Below are positions 24,086-39,300 of a stretch of 64,000 nt of DNA, piece after piece. The translations under genes were made by a program, and so were the position numbers. This DNA comes from Eledone cirrhosa (lineage: Eukaryota). The notes beneath the pieces were generated by a model that had not been told where the DNA came from, made no database searches, and saw nothing but the letters and a program-made list of their open reading frames with translations. The stretch spans positions 341,372,001-341,436,000 of the forward strand of contig OZ024742.1 of the NCBI GenBank assembly GCA_964016885.1, in the 5' to 3' direction. The first letter of the stretch is position 1. Each line of letters opens with the position of its first letter.

Positions 24086-24094
24086 TATCCTTAC

Positions 24095-24240
24095 AACGGG
24101 TTTCTATAGTTTCCCTCTACCAAATCCGACTTACAAAGTATTAGTCAACTCGTGGGTATAGTAGAAGACACATGGGGCTCTGTAGTGGAAATGAACCCAG
24201 AACCATATCGTTGCGAAACACTTAACCACACAGACATCCC
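24095..24240 (-). mobile_element. tRNA-derived SINE (second family)
   Basis: Minus strand ctgtgtggttaag (A-box) ... ggttcatttcc (B-box) ... gtcttctactata ... ggatttggtagagggaaact. Confidence 0.7.
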
Positions 24241-25277
24241 TACACACACATACTCACACAAATGTGTGTTGGACGGAGTTGTGTGTAACGTTATAAAGTG
24301 ACCAGGTTTAATTATTTGTCTATTCGCGGCAATCTTTAGTAATTCAATATTTTTGAAAAGAAATGAAGGTCTAACCTTATCTGAAAATCAAACGGCCGCC
24401 ATTGAAACATTGAAATGTTCCAAGTAGTTAAAGAAAATAGCTTTGATGACGAGAACATTATTTAGTCATAGTACTGTAAAGAAACCATTAAAGCGAATTT
24501 TATTTTTTGCAAGAAAAAAAATTATTTCATTTTCTCGTTCTTCTAAAGTATTATAAAAGGAGCTCGAAGCAATGTGTTTCCTTTAAAGATGTTTAGACAT
24601 CTGTGGAACAATACAAGAGGGACATTTCTTTCGCCATTCAAAGAGCAATATCTTCAATACACACGATAATATGAACATATATCTTGAAGCTATTTATAAG
24701 ATGACCTTTTATGATTGAAATAAAAATTTGCTTTCATATAAATATCAGTTGGCCCTAAAGGCAATAAAACTCTCTATATTTTTTTTTTATATAATTTTAT
24801 ATAATTCTATAGTTTCATATATTTATTTTTTTCTTTTGGAGAGTCAGATTATTCTAAACAAATTTTGGGGGAATTTTTAAAAGTTTTACTCTTTCAGTGT
24901 TGTTTATTTTCCCTTAACAATGTGAAGAATGATTCGTATTTATCCAAATTTGAGTTAATCTGCAGAAGTAGATAAAGGTTTTACTTTCGTAATCTTTATC
25001 TTTCAACTAGTTTTCTGTTATATATTTTACATGTAATGTCAGAAATATTCAAAGCCCAGGAAAAAAATAATAATAAGATAAAGTAACTGGGAATCTCGCG
25101 AGAACGAGACAAATCTGGCAATTTATTTATCTATTTATTTATTCATTTATTTATTTACGTATTTATTTTTCATTTAGTTATTTCTTTATGCTAGTGACAA
25201 TGATAAAATCATTATCCCGGGGTGATTTTCGCCTGTCATGCTATCAAGCATGAGGAAGTGTGAAACCTATGTCTGTA

Positions 25278-26351
<1,074 letters not shown>

Positions 26352-26372
26352 TATATATAGATATACGTAAAA

Positions 26373-26416
<44 letters not shown>

Positions 26417-27091
26417 GTGAGGCTTTTTTTACAAAATGAAAAATAACCGAGGTGTCCTACACGAGTGAAAGTATAAAGAAAAAGAGATGAAATCGAAAAT
26501 GCAACAGAAGTCTTATTTTTTTTTTAAATATATATATTTATTTGGTTCCTTTACCGGTTTTGCAGTTCTTCTGCTTTTCAAAAGGTGAGTTGAGATGGAG
26601 GGTCTGTGGTTTTTCTCACATCTAGTTGGTCTCTGAATGTTACTTGTTTTATATGGAAAAAGTGGCTCGAAATTCCAGGTTTTTCGAGAAGTAATTTGAT
26701 TGGTTTGTCAATAATTATAATAAATTTCGCCCCAGTTCGCGTTACAATAGTTCTTCAAATAAGAGAGGAGGGTTATCACAGGTTGTTTTTTCATATATGA
26801 GTGTTTGAATTTCTTTTTACTTGAAAAAAGGAGGCTCACGGAGGCTTTTTTTTGGTTGGTTATAATTGAAATTTGGCTGTCACGTGAACAAGTTTTTATT
26901 ACATTTTTGCGCCCTTATTTGGAAAACTATTCTGTAGTCTTTATAGTGAATGTTATGACAATGGAGAGATAGTGGTCAAGAGAAAAGGGATTGGGAGAAA
27001 TGTTCTGGTTCAGTGAATATGGCCAGCTCGCCGGGGTGTCAGAGTTCAGATTTTCTATTGAGACTGAAGATATGTATGTTTATTTGTGTGC

Positions 27092-27125
<34 letters not shown>

Positions 27126-27603
27126 TGGAAGATGATTCTATTAGCAGAGATGGGGGAGGGAGTTGTGTGTGTGTGTATATGGGTGTTATGTGTGTGTGCG
27201 AGTATGTTAAGATGGAGAGAATATATATTTTGTGTGTGTGTATATATATATGTGTAGGAAAGTGGTTCTATTAGTAGAAATGGGGAGGGAGTTGTAGGTG
27301 TGGGGGTTGTTATGTGTGTGTATGGGTGTTATGTGTGTGGGAGTATGGTTAGCATGTTAAGATGAAGAGAATATATATATATATATATATATTGTGTGTG
27401 TGTGTATGTGTGTGTGTAGGAAAGTGATTCCTTTAGTAGGAATATTTTTGAATGAACATATTTTCCTTACTTTTTCGTGTTTGCTGTTGTATTGCCAGTG
27501 CAAACGTATGTTAAGGTTTATTTAGTTCGGGTTTTTATTTTCTAAAGTAGAAGGTGTTATGTGTGTGTGTGTATGTCATATTGTGGTGTTGACATAATGT
27601 ATA

Positions 27604-29899
27604 TTAAACCTTATTTAATGTTGGTCTATATTTTTGAATAAACATATTTTCCTTATTTATTCGCATTTGTTCTGTTGTATTGTTAGCGCAAAGGGAAGAC
27701 TTGGAATTTGGGTGTCTTATTACTTGCGCAAATGTCTAGATGTGCACTTAGTGGTATCTGTCTCGTGGTTGGATCTCGTAATTGTTGGCGATGAACTGTC
27801 ATTCTGTTTCTGAGTGTGAGTTTAGTTTGTCCTATATAATCTTCATTGCATCCTTTACATTTAATGGCATAAATTAGATTTTTTGATGAGCAAGTGAAGT
27901 GATTTTTTACAGTAAAATTTTGTCCTGATTTAAATGTATACGTGTTGCCTTCAATGAGGTGAGTGCAGGTTCCATAATTAGAGCGACCACATTTTTTGAT
28001 ACTTGGTTGTGGGTTTGTGGTAGGTAATTTGGCATTGGTGAGTAATGTTTTCAGTGATTTTGGTTGTCTTTTGCTTTTGATTATTTTGTGTGTTTCAAGG
28101 GCTTTTTTCATTCTTGGGTTTTGTTTTAGTAGTGGGATGCTATTGTGAATAGTGTTGTAAGCTTCCGCATTTCTTGGGTTGTGTGTTGAGATATATGATA
28201 GAATATTGGACGTACCTTGAATTTGTTTCTGTTTCCGTAATTCATCAATGCCTATTGCTTTAGCCCTTTCTATTCCCTTATTTATTAGTAATAGTGGGTA
28301 CTCTCTCTCAAGTAGAATTTCCTTTAATTCTTGAAGTCTTTTATTTCGCGTTTCATAATTGGAGACAATTGTGCAAATTCTTCTTGCTAGGTTAAAAGGA
28401 ATGTTCGTCTTCGTGTGCTTTGGATGGTTGGAGGTGAATAGCAGATATTGTTTGGAATCTGTTGGTTTGTAGTGTATGTCAGTTTCGATATTTGTGTCTT
28501 TTTTTGTGATTAAGATGTCCAGAAATGGGAGTTGATCTTGGCTGTATTCCATTGTGAATTGGATGTGGTTATTGATGCCGTTTATTAAGTTTTTGAAATC
28601 CTTCAGTTGGTCGAGTGTGTGGGACCAAAGAATGAGGCAATCGTCCAAGTAGCGTTACCAATTCTCTGATAAATATTTGTGGAAGTTCAATCCGTATTTT
28701 GATTTGGACTGTTCATATATCTGGACTTCTAAGTATGCCATGACTAAGTTGGCATAAGTTGGAGCGGCTTTTGTGCCCATCGCAGTCCCCGATATTTGCT
28801 TGTAAGTATTGCCATCGAAATCAAAAAAGTTGTTCTGTAGGATGAATTTTAATCCCTCGGTGATGAAGCTTTTTTCTATTCTGTCAGGTATCTCATTGGG
28901 ATATTTCTCTAGCCAGAATCCTATTGCTTCTAGTCCGTATTGGTGTGGGATCGTTGTGTAGAGATTCACTACATCGAAAGACACAATAATAGTGTCGTTG
29001 TTGACATGTTTGGGGAGGTGGTTTAAGAGGTCCAGATCGTCTCTTACAAGGCTTGGTATGTGTTTCAGTATTGGTTTCAGTAGTATGTCTATAAAGTTGC
29101 TCAATCTGTGTGTTTCACATTGTGGGCCCGCTACAATTGGTCTTAATTTAAGGTCTGTGGGGTATTGTGTGTTCACGCAGGCTGAGCTGGATTGTTTACA
29201 GGCATCGTTAATTATTTTACATTTGTGGATCTTCGGAAGTCCGTAAAGGTTGCTGGTTTTATATTCAAAATTTGTTAAATAATCGCGTTCCTTTTTAGTT
29301 AGGTCTTCTGGTATCGATAAATCAGTGTTTAATCTGGTCATTATTTTTGATTGCTGGTAGTTTTTTACTCTTTCATAGTAATTAGTATTTTGTAAGAGAG
29401 AGAACATAGAATTTTTATATTTTTCAGCCTCCATAATGACAACAGTACTTCCCTTGTCCGCTTCCTTAATTACAATGTCCGTATTGTTTTTTAGTTCATG
29501 GATAATCTCCCATTCCCTTCGACTTGTGTTGGGTTTGGGTTTAGGTTGCGGTAGTTCATGGTATGGGAAGGTAGCTATGTGGTCACAAAATTTGTCCAGA
29601 ACTCTGTTTCTACCTTTTGTTGGGTTGTAGCTGCTTTTATTCCGTACAATTGATTCGTCGTTATTCTCCTTGTCAAAGAATTCCTCTGTGAGACATAATT
29701 TTCTACAGAAGTGTGAGATATCGTCATTTATCTCGTTGGGGTTAGGGTATTGTGGTGTTGGTGTGAATTTCAGACCTTTGGAGAGAATTTTTACTTGTTG
29801 GGCTGAGAGGTTTGTATTTGAGATGTTAATTATTTTCGGTTTTTCAAAATCGGTTTGTGCCACCGGGTGTCGTGAGTGCTGTAGCCTTGGTCTAAAAAA
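27604..29899 (-). pseudogene. PLE reverse transcriptase-GIY-YIG endonuclease polyprotein with one nonsense and one frameshift lesion
   Basis: LSKGLKFTPTP, IKEADKG, YGLPKIHK, LRPIV, SFDVVNLYT, GTAMGTKAAPTYANL, W*RYLDDC, LPFLDI, SNHP, NLIYAIKCKGC...YIGQT. TAA at 28655-28657; frameshift at ~27690 before ANNTTEQMRINKENMFIQKYRPTLNKV. Confidence 0.95.
29893..29899 (-). promoter_or_regulatory. Putative -1 ribosomal frameshift slippery heptamer U_UUU_UUA
   Basis: Upstream frame ...AAT CAT TTT TTA; a -1 slip enters the RT frame TTT TTT AGA CCA ... GTG GCA CAA ACC GAT. Confidence 0.65.
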
Positions 29900-29970
29900 T
29901 GATTTTTCTGGAATGTTTTTTCATTGGCATTATTATATCTAATGGTATTTCCCCTGTTGTTGTGTGGTCT

Positions 29971-30153
<183 letters not shown>

Positions 30154-30249
30154 CATTGCATTTTCAAAACACTCTGGTTTTCAATATTTTGCATTAGGTT
30201 GCATACAAAATCACACCATTAACTTTTAGTAGATGTAGGTTTTATTGAT

Positions 30250-30338
30250 CTTGTTGTTGTTATTGTTGTTGATGTTATTGTTGTTGCTGTTATTGTTGAC
30301 TTTGTTGTTGTTACTATTGTCTTTGTTGTTATTGTTGT
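30250..30338 (+). repeat. Degenerate (GTT)n tract, opposite polarity to the adjoining array
   Basis: gttgttgttattgttgttgat...attgttgt then switches to aacaacagtaac. Confidence 0.9.
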
Positions 30339-33300
30339 AACAACAGTAACAACAACAACACTAACAACAACAACACTAACAACAACAACAGTAACAACAA
30401 CAACATTAACAACACGAGTAACAACAACAGTAACAACAACAGTAACAACAATACCAGTAACAACAACAACAGTAACAACAACAACAGTAATAACAACAGT
30501 AACAACAACAGTAACAACAACAACAGTAACAACAACAACACTAACAACAATAACAGTAACAACAGTAACAACAACAACACTAACAACAACAACAGTAACA
30601 ACAACAACAGTAACAACAACAGTAACAACAGTAACAACAACAACACTAACAACAACAGTAACAACAACAGTAAAAACAACAACAGTACCAACAACAGTAA
30701 CAACAACAGTAACAACAACAACACTAACAACAACAGTAACAACAGTAACAACCACAACACTAACAACAACACTAACAACAACACTAACAACAACGACAGT
30801 AACAACGACAGTAACAACAACAGTAACAACAGTAACACCAATAACACTAACAACAACACTAACAACAACAACAGTAACAACAACACTAACAACAACGACA
30901 GTAACAACAACACTAACAACAACGACAGTAACAACAACAGTAACAACAACACTAACAACAACGACAGTAACAACAACACTAACAACAACAACAGTAACAA
31001 CAACACTAACAACAACAACAGTCACAACAACAGTAACAACAACAGTAACAACAACAACACTAACAACAACAACAGTAACAACAACACTAACAACAACAAC
31101 AGTAACAACAACAGTAACAACAACAACAGTAACAACAACAGTAACCATAACAGTAACAACAACAACACTAACAACAGTAACAACAACACTAACAACAACA
31201 ACAGTAACAACAACAGTAACAACAACAACACTAACAACAACAACAATAACAACAACAGTAACAACAACAACAGTAACAACAACAGTGACAACAACACTAA
31301 CAACAACGACAGTTACAACAACAGTAACAACAACAACACTAACAATAACAACAGTAACAGCAACAGTAACAACAACAACACTAACAACAACAGTAGGAAC
31401 AGTAACGACAACAGTAACAACAACAACAGTAACAACAAAAGTAACAACAACAGTAACAACAACAGTAACAACAACACTAACAACAACAGTAACAACAGTA
31501 ACAACAACAACACTAACAACAACAACACTAAAAACAACAACAGTGACAACAACAACACTAACAAAAACAACATTAACAACAACACTAACAACAACGACAG
31601 TAACAACAACAGTAACAACAACAACACTAACAACAACAGTAGCAACAACAGTAACGACAACAACACTAACAACAACAACAGTAACAACAACACTAACAAC
31701 AACAATAGTAACAACAACAGTAACAACAACAGTAACAACAACAACACTAACAACAACAACAGTAACAACAACAGTAACAACAACAGTAAAAACAACAACA
31801 GTACCAACAACAGTAACAACAACAGTAACAACAACAACAATAACAACAACAACAGTAACAACAACAACAGTAACAACAACAGTAACAACAGTAACAACAA
31901 CACTAACAACAACGACAGTAACAACAACACTAACAACAACGACAGTAACAACAACAGTAACAACAACACTAACAACAACGACAGTAACAACAACAGTAAC
32001 AACAACACTAACAACAACAACACTAATAACAACAGTAACAACAGTAACACCAACAACACTAACAACAACAACAGTAACAACAACATTGACAACAACAACT
32101 GTAACAACAACACTAACAACAACAGTAACAACAACAACACTAACAACAACAGTAGCAACAACAGTAACAACAACAACACTAACAACAACAGTAACAACAA
32201 GACTAACAACAACAACAGTAACCATAACAGTAACAACAACAACAGTAACAACAACCGTAACAACAACAGTAACAACAACACTAACAACAACAACAGTAAC
32301 AACAACAGTAACAACAACACTAACAACAACAGTAACAACAACAGTAACAACAACAACAGTAACAACAACAGTAACAACAACAACACTAACAACAACAATA
32401 ACAACAACACTAACAACAGTAACAACAACACTAACAACAACAGTAACAACAACAGTAACAACAACAACAATAACAACAACAGTAACAACAACACTAACAA
32501 CAGCAACAGTAACAACAACAGTAACAACAACAACAGTAACAACAACAACAGTAACAACAACAGTAACAACAACACTAACAACAGCAACAGTAACAACAAC
32601 AGTAACAACAACAACAGTAACAACAACAGTAACAACAACAAAAGTAACAACAGCAATAACAACAACAGTAACAACAACAACAGTAACAACAACAGTAACA
32701 ACAACACTAACAACAACGACAGTAACGAAAACAACACTAACAACAACAGTAACAACAACAACACTAACAATAACAGTAGCAACAACAGTAACAACAACAG
32801 TAACAACAACACTAACAACAACAACAGTAACAACAACAGTAACCATAACAGTAACAACAACAACATTAACAACAACAGTAACAACAACAACAGTAACAAC
32901 AAAAGTAACAACAACAGTAACAACAACAGTAACAACAACAGTAACAACAACAGTAACAACAGTAACAACAACAACACTAACAACAACAACACTAAAAACA
33001 ACAACAGTGACAACAACAACACTAACAAAAACAACATTAACAACAACACTAACAACAACGACAGTAACAACAACAGTAACAACAACAACACTAACAACAA
33101 CGGTAGCAACAACAGTAACGACAACAACACTAACAACAACAACAGTAACAACAACACTAACAACAACAATAGTAACAACAACAGTAACAACAACAGTAAC
33201 AACAACAACACTAACAACAACAACAGTAACAACAACAGTAACAACAACAGTAAAAACAACAACAGTACCAACAACAGTAACAACAACAGTAACAACAACA

Positions 33301-36300
33301 ACAATAACAACAACAACAGTAACAACAACAACAGTAACAACAACAGTAACAACAGTAACAACAACACTAACAACAACGACAGTAACAACAACACTAACAA
33401 CAACGACAGTAACAACAACAGTAACAACAACACTAACAACAACGACAGTAACAACAACAGTAACAACAACACTAACAACAACAACACTAATAACAACAGT
33501 AACAACAGTAACACCAACAACACTAACAACAACAACAGTAACAACAACATTGACAACAACAACTGTAACAACAACACTAACAACAACAGTAACAACAACA
33601 ACACTAACAACAACAGTAGCAACAACAGTAACAACAACAACACTAACAACAACAGTAACAACAAGACTAACAACAACAACAGTAACCATAACAGTAACAA
33701 CAACAACAGTAACAACAACCGTAACAACAACAGTAACAACAACACTAACAACAACAACAGTAACAACAACAGTAACAACAACACTAACAACAACAGTAAC
33801 AACAACAGTAACAACAACAACAGTAACAACAACAGTAACAACAACAACACTAACAACAACAATAACAACAACACTAACAACAGTAACAACAACACTAACA
33901 ACAACAGTAACAACAACAGTAACAACAACAACAATAACAACAACAGTAACAACAACACTAACAACAGCAACAGTAACAACAACAGTAACAACAACAACAG
34001 TAACAACAACAACAGTAACAACAACAGTAACAACAACACTAACAACAGCAACAGTAACAACAACAGTAACAACAACAACAGTAACAACAACAGTAACAAC
34101 AACAAAAGTAACAACAGCAATAACAACAACAGTAACAACAACAACAGTAACAACAACAGTAACAACAACACTAACAACAACGACAGTAACGAAAACAACA
34201 CTAACAACAACAGTAACAACAACAACACTAACAATAACAGTAGCAACAACAGTAACAACAACAGTAACAACAACACTAACAACAACAACAGTAACAACAA
34301 CAGTAACCATAACAGTAACAACAACAACATTAACAACAACAGTAACAACAACACTAACAACAATACTAACAACAACAACAGTAACAACAACAGTAACAAC
34401 AACAACAGTAACAACAACGGTAACAACAACAACACTAACAACAACAGTAACAACAGTAACAACAACAACACTAACAACAACAACAGTAACAACAACAGTG
34501 ACAACAACAACACTAACAACAACAACAGTAACAACAACGCTAACAACAACGACAGTTACAACAACAGTAACAACAACAACACTAACAACAACAACAGTAA
34601 CAACAACACTAACAACAACGACAGTAACAACAACAGTAACGACAACAACACTAACAACAACAGTAACAACAGTAACAACAACAACACTAACAACAACGAC
34701 AGTAACAACAACAGTAACAACAACAACACTAACAACAACAGTAGCAACAGTAACAACAGCAGTAACAACAACAAAACTAACAACAGTAACAACAGTAACA
34801 ACAACAACACTAACAACAACAACAGTAACAACAACAGTGACAACAACAAACACTAACAACAACAACAGTAACAACAACACTAACAACAACGACAGTTACA
34901 ACAACAGTAACAACAACAACACTAACAACAACAACAGTAACAACAACAGTAACAACAACAACAGTAACAACAACAGTAACAACAGTAACAACAACAACAC
35001 TAACAACAACAACAGTAACAACAACAGTGACAACAACACTAACAACAACAACAGTAACAACAACACTAACAACAACGACAGTTACAACAACAGTAACAAC
35101 AACAACACTAACAACAACAACAGCAACAGCAACAGTAACAACAACAGTAACAACAACAACAGTAACAACAACAGTAACAACAACAGTAACAACAACAGTA
35201 ACAACAACACTAACAACAACAGTAACAACAGTAACAACAACAACACTAACAACAACAACACTAACAACAACAACAGTGACAACAACAACACTAACAACAA
35301 CAACATTAACAACAATACTAACAACAACGATAGTAACAACAACAGTAACAACAACAACACTAACAACAACAGTAGCAACAACAGTAACAACAACAACACT
35401 AACAACAACAACAGTAACAACAACACTAACAACAACAACAGTAACAACAACAGTAACAACAACAACAGTAACAACAACAGTAACAACAACAGTAACAACA
35501 ACACTAACAACAACGACAGTAACAACGACAGTAACAACAACAGTAACAACAGTAACACCAACAACACTAACGACAACAAGAGTAACAACAACAGTGACAA
35601 CAACAACAACAGTAACAACAACACTAACAACAACGACAGTAACAACGACAGTAACAACAACAGTAACAACAACAGTAACAACAACAGTAACAACAGTAAC
35701 ACCAACAACACTAACAACAACAACAGTAACAACAACATTGACAACAACAACTGTAACAACAACACTAACAACAACGACAGTAACAACAACAGTAACAACA
35801 ACAACACTAACAACAACAGTAGCAACAACAGTAACAACAACAACACTAACAACAACAGTAACAACAACACTAACAACAACAACAGTAACCATAACAGTAA
35901 CAACAACAACAGTAACAATAACAGTAACAACAACAGTAACAACAACACTAACAACAACAACAGTAACAACAACAGTAACAACAACACTAACAACAACAAC
36001 AGTAACAACAACAGTAACAACAACACTAACAACAACAGTAATAAAAACAGTAACAACAACAACAGTAACAACAAGAGTAACAACAACAACAGTAACAACA
36101 GCAGTAACAACAACAGTAACAACAACAACACTAACAACGACAACAACAGTAACAACAACAGTAACAACAACAGTAACAACAACAACATTAACAACAGCAA
36201 CAGGAACAACAACAGTAACAACAACACTAACAACAACGACAGTAACAACAACAGTAACGAAAACAACACTAACAACAACAGTAACAACCACAACACTAGC

Positions 36301-39300
36301 AACAACAGTAGCAACAACAGTAACAACAACACTAACAACAACAACAGTAATAACAACAGTAACAACAACAACATTAACAACAACGACAATAACAACAATA
36401 GTAACAACAACAGCAGTAACAACAACAGTAACAACAACAACACTAACTACAACAACAGTAACATCAACACTAACAACAACAACAGTAATAACAACAGTAA
36501 CAACAACAACATTAACAACAACGACAATAACAACAACAGTAACAACAACAGTAACAACAACACTAACAACAGTAACAACAACAGTAACAACAACAGTAAC
36601 AACAACATTAACAACAACAGTAACAACAACAGTAACAACAACAACAGTAACAACAGCAATAACAACAACGGTAACAACAACAACAGTAACAACAACAGTA
36701 ACAACTACAACACTAACAACAACAACAATAACAACAACAGTAACAACAACACTAACAACAACTACAGTAACAACAACAACACTAACAACAACAGTAGCAA
36801 CAACAGTAACAACAACAACACTAACAATAACAACAGTAACAACAACACTAACAACAACAACAGTAACAACAACAGTAACAACAACAATAACAACAACAAC
36901 ACTAGCAACAACAACAGTAACAACAACACTAACAACAACAACAGTAACAACAACAACAGTAACAACAACAGTAACCATAACAGTAACAACAACAACACTA
37001 ACAACAGTAACAACAACACTAACAACAACAACAGTAACAACAACAGTAACAACAACAACACTAACAACAACAACAGTAACAACAACAGTGACAACAACAC
37101 TAACAACAACAACAGTAACAACAACAGTGACAACAACACTAACAACAACGACAGTTACAACAACAGTAACAACAACAACACTAACAATAACAACAGTAAC
37201 AGCAACAGTAACAACAACAACACTAACAACAAAAGTAGGAACAGTAACGACAACAGTAACAACAACAACAGTAACAATAAAAGTAACAACAACAGTAACA
37301 ACAACAGTAACAACAACACTAACAACAACAGTAACAACAGTAACAACAACAACACTAACAACAACAACAGTGACAACAACAACACTAACAACAACAACAT
37401 TAACAACAACACTAACAACAACGACAGTAACAACAACAACACTAACAACAACAACAGTAACAACAACAGTGACAACAACAACACTAACAACAACAACAGT
37501 AACAACAACACTAACAACAACGACAGTTACAACAACAGTAACAACAACAACACTAACAACAACAACAGTAACATCAACACTAACAACAACGACAGTAACA
37601 ACAACAGTAACGACAACAACACTAACAACAACAGTAACAACAGTAACAACAACAACACTAACAACAACGACAGTAACAACAACAGTAACAACAACAACAC
37701 TAACAACAACAGTAACAACAACAGTAACAACAACAAAACTAACAACAGTAACAACAGTAAAAACAACAACAACACTAACAACAACAACAGTAACAACAAC
37801 AGTGACAACAACAAACACTAACAACAACGACAGTAACAACAACATTAACAACAACAGTAACAACAACAGTAACAACAACAACAGTAACAACAGCAATAAC
37901 AACAACGGTAACAACAACAACAGTAACAACAACAGTAACAACTACAACACTAACAACAACAACAATAACAACAACAGTAACAACAACACTAACAACAACT
38001 ACAGTAACAACAACAACACTAACAACAACAGTAGCAACAACAGTAACAACAACAACACTAACAATAACAACACTAACAACAACACTAACAACAACAACAG
38101 TAACAACAACAGTAACAACAACAATAACAACAACAACACTAGCAACAACAACAGTAACAACAACACTAACAACAACAACAGTAACAACAACAACACTAAC
38201 AATAACAACAGTAACAGCAACAGTAACAACAACAACACTAACAACAACAGTAGGAACAGTAACGACAACAGTAACAACAACAACAGTAACAACAGTAACA
38301 ACAACAACACTAACAACAACAACAGTAACAACAACAGTGACAACAACAACACTAACAACAACAACAGTAACAACAACACTAACAACAACGACAGTTACAA
38401 CAACAGTAACAACAACAACACTAACAACAACAACAGTAACATCAACACTAACAACAACGACAGTAACAACAACAGTAACGACAACAACACTAACAACAAC
38501 AGTAACAACAGTAACAACAACAACACTAATAACAACGACAGTAACAACAACAGTAACAACAACAACACTAACAACAACAGTAGCAACAGTAACAACACCA
38601 GTAACAACAACAAAACTAACAACAGTAACAACAGTAACAACAACAACAACACTAACAACAACAACAGTAACAACAACAGTGACAACAACAAACACTAACA
38701 ACAACAACAGTAACAACAACACTAACAACAACGACAGTTACAACAACAGTAACAACAACAACACTAACAACAACAACAGTAACAACAACAGTAACAACAA
38801 CAACAGTAACAACAACAGTAACAACAGTAACAACAACAACACTAACAACAACAACAGTAACAACAACAGTGACAACAACACTAACAACAACAACAGTAAC
38901 AACAACACTAACAACAACGACAGTTACAACAACAGTAACAACAACAACAGTAACAACAAGAGTAACAACAACACTAACAACAACAGTAACAACAGTAACA
39001 ACAACAACACTAACAACAACAACACTAACAACAACAACAGTAACAACAACACTAACAACAACACTAACAACAACAACAGTGACAACAACAACACTAACAA
39101 CAACAACATTAACAACAATACTAACAACAACGATAGTAACAACAACAGTAACAACAACACTAACAACAACAGTAGCAACAACAGTAAAAACAACAACACT
39201 AACAACAACAACAGTAACAACAACACTAACAACAACAACAGTAACAACAACAGTAACAACAACACTAACAACAACAGTAACAACAACAGTAACAACAACA

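Noticed and set aside
28655-28657. Programmed readthrough or selenocysteine at the internal stop
   Set aside because: The codon is TAA at a position normally Lys/Phe, not TGA at a Cys position; a point mutation is simpler.
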